Assembly: GCA_036377775.1 (NCBI GenBank) | Contig: DASUXT010000058.1 | Coordinates: 5,880 to 69,879 of the forward strand | DNA length: 64,000 nucleotides | Source: Gemmatimonadaceae bacterium | Lineage (GTDB): Bacteria; Gemmatimonadota; Gemmatimonadetes; Gemmatimonadales; Gemmatimonadaceae | Direction: 5' to 3' | Shown: piece after piece, positions 58,848 through 64,000 of the stretch | Position numbering within the stretch: position 1 is the first letter of the stretch | How the letters are laid out: each line of letters opens with the position of its first letter | Notes under the pieces: model-generated | Seen by the model: only the letters and a program-made list of their open reading frames with translations | Told to the model about the DNA's origin: nothing | Databases searched by the model: none | Position numbers and translations under genes: made by a program

Positions 58848-60223
58848 GAGGCGCCTCGCAGGAGCGCCAGCACTTCCGGTCCGCAGCGGGTCACGTCGCC
58901 GGCGCCCATCGTGATGACCAGGTCGCCCGGGCGCACCGTCGGCGCGAGGGCGGCGGAGAGTGCGTCGCGGCTCCCCCGCCACGCCGGCGGGCGGCCCTCG
59001 CCGCGCATCGCGTCGGCAATGAGCTCGCTCGTGATGCCGGGGATCGGCCGCTCGCGGGCGGGATAGATGTCGAGCAGGAACACTTCGTCCGCTTCGGCGA
59101 GCGCTTCACCGAACTCCCTCGCGAGGTCGCGCGTGCGCGAGAACAGGTGCGGCTGGAAGGCGACGACGAGCCGGCGGTCGGGCGCCGCCGAGCGAGCGGC
59201 GCGGATGGTGGCGCGCACCTCGGTGGGATGGTGCGCGTAGTCGTCCACGACGAGCACCTTGTTCGCATCGCCGACGAGCTGGAAGCGGCGCTCCACGCCG
59301 CGGAAGGCGGCGATGCCGGGCGCCATCTGCTCCACGGTGAGCCCGAGGCCGAGGCCGACGCCGATCGCGGCGAGCGCATTGCGCACGTTGTGCTCACCCG
59401 GCACCGCGAGATGCACCTCCCCTTCGCGCTTGCCGTCGTACAGTACCGTGAATCGGGTGCCGATCTCCTCGCGCCGAAGCTCGATGGCGCGCAGCCGGGC
59501 GTCGGGCGACTCGATGCCGTAGCGGATCACTTCCGCGCTCGGCGGCGTGGCGAGGCTGTTGGCTCCCGGATCGTCGGCGCACAGGACCACGTACCGCGCG
59601 CCGGCGACGAACTGCGCAAAGGCGCGCCGCAGGTCGTCGAGGTCGGCGTAGATGTCCATGTGGTCCGCCTCGAGGTTCGTCACCACCGCCACCGTGGGCG
59701 TGAGGGCGAGGAAGGAGCGGTCATACTCGTCCGCCTCGACGACGAAGCGGTCGGCGCGGCCGGCGCGCAGGTTGCCCTTCCAGAGCGACACGCGTGCACC
59801 CACGTAGCCGGTGGGATCCATCCCCGCGGCGGCGAGCGCTTCCGTCGTGAGCACCGTGGTGGTGGACTTGCCGTGCGTACCGGCCACGCCAACGAGCATC
59901 GCGCCCGACGTGACCTCGCCAAGCGCCTCGGCGCGGCGAATGACCGGGACGCCGAGCTCGCGCGCGCGCACGAGCTCCGGATGGTCCTTCGGCATGGCGG
60001 AGGTGACGACGAGGGCCCGCACGCCATTCACGTGGTCGGGCGCATGCCCGGCGCACACCGGTATGCCGCGCGCGGCGAGGTCGGCGGCATTGCCGGGGTT
60101 GGCATCGCAGCCCGTGACATGCACGCCGCGCAGGGTGAACAGCTCGGCGAGAGCGCTCATCCCCGCGCCAGCGATGCCGACTAGATGTATGGGGCGCGGA
60201 TCGGCGGGATCGAGGAGAGGCAT
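58844..60223 (-). CDS. murC: UDP-N-acetylmuramate--L-alanine ligase
   Basis: IHLVGIAGAGMSALAE..., VAGTHGKSTTT (P-loop), Mur ligase middle and C-terminal domains. Confidence 0.93.
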   Translation of the reverse strand: MPLLDPADPRPIHLVGIAGAGMSALAELFTLRGVHVTGCDANPGNAADLAARGIPVCAGHAPDHVNGVRALVVTSAMPKDHPELVRARELGVPVIRRAEALGEVTSGAMLVGVAGTHGKSTTTVLTTEALAAAGMDPTGYVGARVSLWKGNLRAGRADRFVVEADEYDRSFLALTPTVAVVTNLEADHMDIYADLDDLRRAFAQFVAGARYVVLCADDPGANSLATPPSAEVIRYGIESPDARLRAIELRREEIGTRFTVLYDGKREGEVHLAVPGEHNVRNALAAIGVGLGLGLTVEQMAPGIAAFRGVERRFQLVGDANKVLVVDDYAHHPTEVRATIRAARSAAPDRRLVVAFQPHLFSRTRDLAREFGEALAEADEVFLLDIYPARERPIPGITSELIADAMRGEGRPPAWRGSRDALSAALAPTVRPGDLVITMGAGDVTRCGPEVLALLRGAS

Positions 60224-60240
60224 CAGCGCCCTGAATATAC

Positions 60241-61341
60241 CTATTGCGAGCCGAGCTGGGCGAGGATGCGACGCGCGATCGTCTCCGCGGCGTGCGGACG
60301 TGCGCGCGCGGCCGCGCCCTCGGCAAGGCGCGCCATCGCCGCGGAGTCGGCGAGCAGGCCGCCGATCGTGGAGTCGAGCCGGTCCACGGTGAGCTCGGAC
60401 TGCGGCAGGTTGATCGCCGCTCCCGCCGCCTCGAGCGCCCGCGCGTTCGCCGTCTGGTGATCGGCGGCCGCAGTGGGAAGGGGCACGAGCACGCCAGGAA
60501 TTCGCCAGGCGAACAGCTCGGAGGTCGTCATCGCGCCCGCCCGCGCGAGGGCGATGTCGGTGGCGGCGTAGGCATCGGCGATCGGCGAGAGATACTCGCG
60601 CACGCGCACGTTGCCGCCGTCAAGCGAAGCGAACTCCGAGTAGCTGGCGCGGCCGGTCATCCAGATCAGGTACAGCTGCTGAGGCAAGCCGCGCTGCACC
60701 CACTCGGCGACGACGCGGTTGATGGCGAGCGAGCCCTGGCTCCCGCCGTAGATGAGGAGTACGTGCCCGCCCAGCTCCGGAAATCCCCACGCGCGACGCG
60801 CGGCGGCACGGTCGGGGCGAGGCTCCGGCGGCGGCTCGATCGGCGCGCCCGTGTCCACGAAGCGCGAAGGGTCGCCCCCGATCACGCGGCCCGCCTCGGG
60901 AAAGGCGAGGTAGTATTCGCGCGTCCACCGCTTGAATGCGCGTGCGGTGAGCCCCGGATGGCTGTCCCCCGCCTGCTGCACGATGGGAATGTGGTGACGC
61001 ACTCCGTACGCGAGGGCGACACCGGCGGCGTACCCGCCCGTGCCGACGACGAGCCGAGGACGCTCGCGCTGGACGAGCGCGTGCAGCGCGCGCCAGGCGC
61101 CCACGGCGCCCACGAGCGTGCGCCAGTTCTGCCACGGCCGGCTGCGATAGAGCGGGTGCAGGTCGAGCAGCAGGTGCGGGAACTCGGTGGACGGCAGCAC
61201 CGTGCGCTCGATGCCGCGCTGCGCGCCGATAAAGATCGGCCTCACGTCCGGGGCGAGGCGTACGAGGGTACGCGCGATCGCCAGCCCGGGGTAGAGGTGC
61301 CCACCGGTGCCGCCGCCGGCGAAGATTATCGTGCGCGTCAT
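60241..61341 (-). CDS. murG: Undecaprenyldiphospho-muramoylpentapeptide beta-N-acetylglucosaminyltransferase
   Basis: ATG at 61341: MTRTIIFAGGGTGGHLYPGLAIA... and ...ARAGAMTTSELFA. The 445-aa N-terminal extension in the track is out of gene. Confidence 0.92.
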   Translation of the reverse strand: MTRTIIFAGGGTGGHLYPGLAIARTLVRLAPDVRPIFIGAQRGIERTVLPSTEFPHLLLDLHPLYRSRPWQNWRTLVGAVGAWRALHALVQRERPRLVVGTGGYAAGVALAYGVRHHIPIVQQAGDSHPGLTARAFKRWTREYYLAFPEAGRVIGGDPSRFVDTGAPIEPPPEPRPDRAAARRAWGFPELGGHVLLIYGGSQGSLAINRVVAEWVQRGLPQQLYLIWMTGRASYSEFASLDGGNVRVREYLSPIADAYAATDIALARAGAMTTSELFAWRIPGVLVPLPTAAADHQTANARALEAAGAAINLPQSELTVDRLDSTIGGLLADSAAMARLAEGAAARARPHAAETIARRILAQLGSQ

Positions 61342-62537
61342 AGCCCCGTCGGGTCGGTGGCCCCGCTGCCGACGACGCGCTCCCTGGTGCTGCCGATGTT
61401 CACGAGGATGCCGGTGAGGAACATGGTGAGCACGATGTTCGACCGGCCGTAGGACACGAACGGGAGCGTCAGCCCCGTCGTCGGCAGGAGGCCGATCACC
61501 ACGCCGATGTGCAGGTAGGCGGTGATCACGGTGACGAAGGTGAGCCCGACCGCGACGAGCTGGAGGAAGGGCGACCGCGCCTTGCGCGCGATCCGGAAGC
61601 CGAGCAGCGCATACGCGGCGAAGGCGAGCGTCACCGCGCCAAGGCCGATGAACCCCCACTCCTCGCCGATGTTGCTGGCGATGAAGTCGCTGTACGGAAA
61701 CGGAAGGAAACCGTACTGCTGCCGACCCTGCCCGAAGCCGACGCCGAACATCCCGCCCGAGCCGACGGCGATGAGCGACTGCTTGAGCTGGTAGCTGATC
61801 TCGCTCGGCGCACTCCCCGGGTCGAGGAACGAAGTGAGCCGGAGCAGCGCGTACTGCACCTTCTCGATCTCCTTCCACAGGATCGGGATCGCCAGCGCGA
61901 ACAGCGCGACGAAGTGCGCCACGCGCACCCCGCCGACGAAGAGCAGCACGGCCAGCAGCAGCGTGTAGAGCATCGCGACCGAAAGATCCGGCTCGAGCGC
62001 GACGAGGATGTCGAGCAACCCGATGACCACGAAGAATGGCAGGACGCCCTTCGTGAGCCGGCGCAGTCTCTCGCCCTTCTTCACGATCAGCATGGACGTC
62101 CAGATCACCACGCCGAGCTTGCCGAGCTCCGAGGGCTGGAACGAGGCGCCGAAGAGGAACCGTTTCGAGCCGTTGATCCGTGGCGCGATGCTCGCCGGGA
62201 GCACGAGACAGAGCAGCAGCGTCACGATCGTGAGCGACATGATCGGCCAGGCCCACTTCTCCCACTTCTCCGCAGGCAGCTTGGCCGCGACGGCGAAGAC
62301 GACGATGCCGCCGAGCACCCCGGCGAGCTGCCGCCCCAGATAGAACCAGCTGTCGCGATTCTCCTGCATGGCGACGATCGCGCTCGCGCTGTAGAGCACG
62401 GCCAGCCCGAAGGCGAGCAGCACCGCCATCACCAACACGAGCCCACGCGCCTCGGAGCCCATGCGCCACCGCTCGCGCACCTGGCCAGCGCTGTACGCAC
62501 GCTCCTGCGGCAGCGCCGTCGTGGACGTCATGGCCAT
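61338..62537 (-). CDS. ftsW: Peptidoglycan glycosyltransferase FtsW (SEDS family)
   Basis: The ATG at 62537 shares one nucleotide with the murD stop. The protein is polytopic: LVLVMAVLLAFGLAVLYSAS...FQPSELGKL...SDFIASNIGEEWGFIG. Confidence 0.88.
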   Translation of the reverse strand: MAMTSTTALPQERAYSAGQVRERWRMGSEARGLVLVMAVLLAFGLAVLYSASAIVAMQENRDSWFYLGRQLAGVLGGIVVFAVAAKLPAEKWEKWAWPIMSLTIVTLLLCLVLPASIAPRINGSKRFLFGASFQPSELGKLGVVIWTSMLIVKKGERLRRLTKGVLPFFVVIGLLDILVALEPDLSVAMLYTLLLAVLLFVGGVRVAHFVALFALAIPILWKEIEKVQYALLRLTSFLDPGSAPSEISYQLKQSLIAVGSGGMFGVGFGQGRQQYGFLPFPYSDFIASNIGEEWGFIGLGAVTLAFAAYALLGFRIARKARSPFLQLVAVGLTFVTVITAYLHIGVVIGLLPTTGLTLPFVSYGRSNIVLTMFLTGILVNIGSTRERVVGSGATDPTGL

Positions 62538-63946
62538 CACCGGAGCGCGCCCTCCTGGCCCGCGGCGAGTCGCTTGAAGGTGCGGCCGCGCTGCTCGTAG
62601 TTGTCGAACATGTCGTAGCTCGAGCAGGCCGGCGACAGCAGCACCGCGTCGCCCGACGTCGCCGCCACGCGCGCACGATCGATCACGTCCTCGAACGTGC
62701 CGGTCACGCGTTCGAGCGGCACCGTATCCCGCAGGTCCTGCTCCACGATCGCTCCCGCCTCGCCGTACGCGATCACCAGCTTCACCGTCCGCTTCAGCTC
62801 CGCGGACAGTGCATCGTACGGCTCGCCCTTGTGGCGACCGCCGAGCAGGAGCACGGTGGGCTTCTGCATCCCCTTCAGCGCCACGAGCGTGGAGGCCACG
62901 TTCGTGGACTTGGAGTCGTTGATCCACTCCACGCCCTCGAAGCACCCGGCGGGCTCGATGCGATGCTCCAGCGCACGGAAGGCGCGCAGTGCCTCGGCGA
63001 TCTTCGCCCGTCCCGCCGGCTCGGCGTGGGTCTCGTCCGCACCCATCACCGCCAGCGCGGCGGCGAGTGCGTTCGCCACGTTGTGGTCGCCCAGCAGCAC
63101 CAGCTCGTCACGCGCGATCAGTGGCGCACCGAAGACGACGAGCTGGTTGCGGGCGCGATCGAAGTAGCCGTCGGCAGCGCCGGCGCTCACGGTGAAGCGC
63201 AGGTGACGTCCCGGCACGCCGGCGACGAGCTCCTGCACGGCGTCGTCGTCGGCGTTGCTCACCCACACCGAATGCGCCGTGGCGTTGCGGAAGAGTCTCG
63301 CCTTGTCGCCGTAGTACTCCTCCACGCTCGCGTAGCGGTCCAGGTGATTCGCCGACAGGTTCGTCAGCACGCCGGACGTCGGCGCGATGCTCGGGGTGTC
63401 GTGGAGCTGGAAGCTCGACGTCTCCAGGGCGATCCAGTCCGGCGCCCTGTCGCGCAGCGCGATCTCGGCGAGCGGCGTGCCGATGTTTCCCGCCGCCACG
63501 GCGTCGTAGCCGAGCCCTTCGAGCAGGCGGTGAGTGATCGCGGTCGTCGTCGTCTTGCCGTTGGTGCCGGTGATGGCGACGTAGCGCTGGTGCGGCAGGA
63601 AGTGCAGCGCGACCTCGAGCTCGCCGACGATCGGCACCCCCGCCTCGCGCGCCGCCGCGAGCGGCGGTGCCTCGGGCGGGATCCCCGGACTGGCGACGAC
63701 GAGCGCGCTCCGCGCGATGCGCGCCAGGTCGTGCCCGCCGGACTGCACCTCCACGCCGAGCGGCGCGAGCGCCCGCTCCGCAACGCCGACCGCGTCGCCG
63801 CTGCCCGAGTCGCTCGCATACACGTGCCCGCCGGCGCGGCGCAGCAGCTCTGCCGCGGCGCGACCGCTGCGTGCGAGGCCGAGCACGCTGATCTCGCCGC
63901 GCGTCCAGCCGGCGGGGAGCGCCTCCGTGAGCGAGCGCACCGGCAT
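62537..63946 (-). CDS. murD: UDP-N-acetylmuramoylalanine--D-glutamate ligase
   Basis: VLGLARSGRAAAELL..., ITGTNGKTTTT (P-loop), Mur ligase C-terminal domain. Confidence 0.92.
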   Translation of the reverse strand: MPVRSLTEALPAGWTRGEISVLGLARSGRAAAELLRRAGGHVYASDSGSGDAVGVAERALAPLGVEVQSGGHDLARIARSALVVASPGIPPEAPPLAAAREAGVPIVGELEVALHFLPHQRYVAITGTNGKTTTTAITHRLLEGLGYDAVAAGNIGTPLAEIALRDRAPDWIALETSSFQLHDTPSIAPTSGVLTNLSANHLDRYASVEEYYGDKARLFRNATAHSVWVSNADDDAVQELVAGVPGRHLRFTVSAGAADGYFDRARNQLVVFGAPLIARDELVLLGDHNVANALAAALAVMGADETHAEPAGRAKIAEALRAFRALEHRIEPAGCFEGVEWINDSKSTNVASTLVALKGMQKPTVLLLGGRHKGEPYDALSAELKRTVKLVIAYGEAGAIVEQDLRDTVPLERVTGTFEDVIDRARVAATSGDAVLLSPACSSYDMFDNYEQRGRTFKRLAAGQEGALR

Positions 63947-63947
63947 G

Positions 63948-64000
63948 CTAGCGGACCTTCAGCGTGGTCACGGCGAGGAACGCGCCGATGATGCCGATGA
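63948..64000 (-). CDS. mraY: Phospho-N-acetylmuramoyl-pentapeptide transferase MraY (C-terminal 17 codons only)
   Basis: Hand translation of the minus strand gives ...IGIIGAFLAVTTLKVR-stop (TAG at 63950-63948). The position immediately upstream of murD fits dcw order. The identity rests mainly on synteny. Confidence 0.6.
   Translation of the reverse strand, partial: IGIIGAFLAVTTLKVR

Overview
The window is very GC-rich and densely coding. It looks like core chromosome of a diderm bacterium; the gene content and the T9SS/FlgD-Ig-type C-terminal domain fit an FCB-group or Gemmatimonadota-like organism, but that is inference only. I found no rRNA or tRNA genes, CRISPR arrays, transposases, integrases or prophage.

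**Gene order**
- Every gene from 1 to 44266 is on the minus strand, and many junctions have start/stop overlaps of 1-20 nt.
- In coordinate order these are: clpB (cut by the window edge and missing from the ORF track), a small secreted CTD-only protein, selB, recO, a cobalamin-riboswitch-controlled btuF-btuC-btuD-TonB-receptor operon, a CarboxypepD_reg-like membrane protein, a DUF151 nuclease, metK, ptsI-ptsH, mannose-family PTS EIID-IIC-IIB-IIA, hprK, a GT4 glycosyltransferase, nusB, ribH-ribBA-ribE-ribD, an OMP, purM, a PfkB kinase, argS, an FmdB zinc ribbon, two small beta-barrel OMPs, a methylmalonyl-CoA mutase catalytic subunit, fbp, a DUF4157-like HExxH protein, comEC, miaB, and an overlapping alr-deoB-cdd-lipoprotein-OMP-REC/HK operon.
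- After that come mazG(+), asnS(-), a HAMP histidine kinase(+) with a lipoprotein(+), then recG, ftsY, a large membrane protein and an M23 peptidase.
- The distal dcw cluster (mraY partial, murD, ftsW, murG, murC, ftsQ, ftsA, ftsZ) closes the window, all on the minus strand.

**Most unusual signals, all non-coding**
- Two dispersed families of short-period tandem arrays occupy intergenic spacers: a GTGAACC heptamer family with three loci and a GGTCCNNC octamer family with two loci. Most carry inverted arms that predict long hairpins.
- The cobalamin riboswitch is clear.
- A 14-nt direct repeat phased at 21 bp lies upstream of miaB.
- A 450-bp lower-GC spacer carrying a terminator separates ftsA from ftsZ.

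**Caveat on the ORF track**
Many very long ORFs in the track are antisense or out-of-frame shadows caused by the high GC content, and I rejected them.
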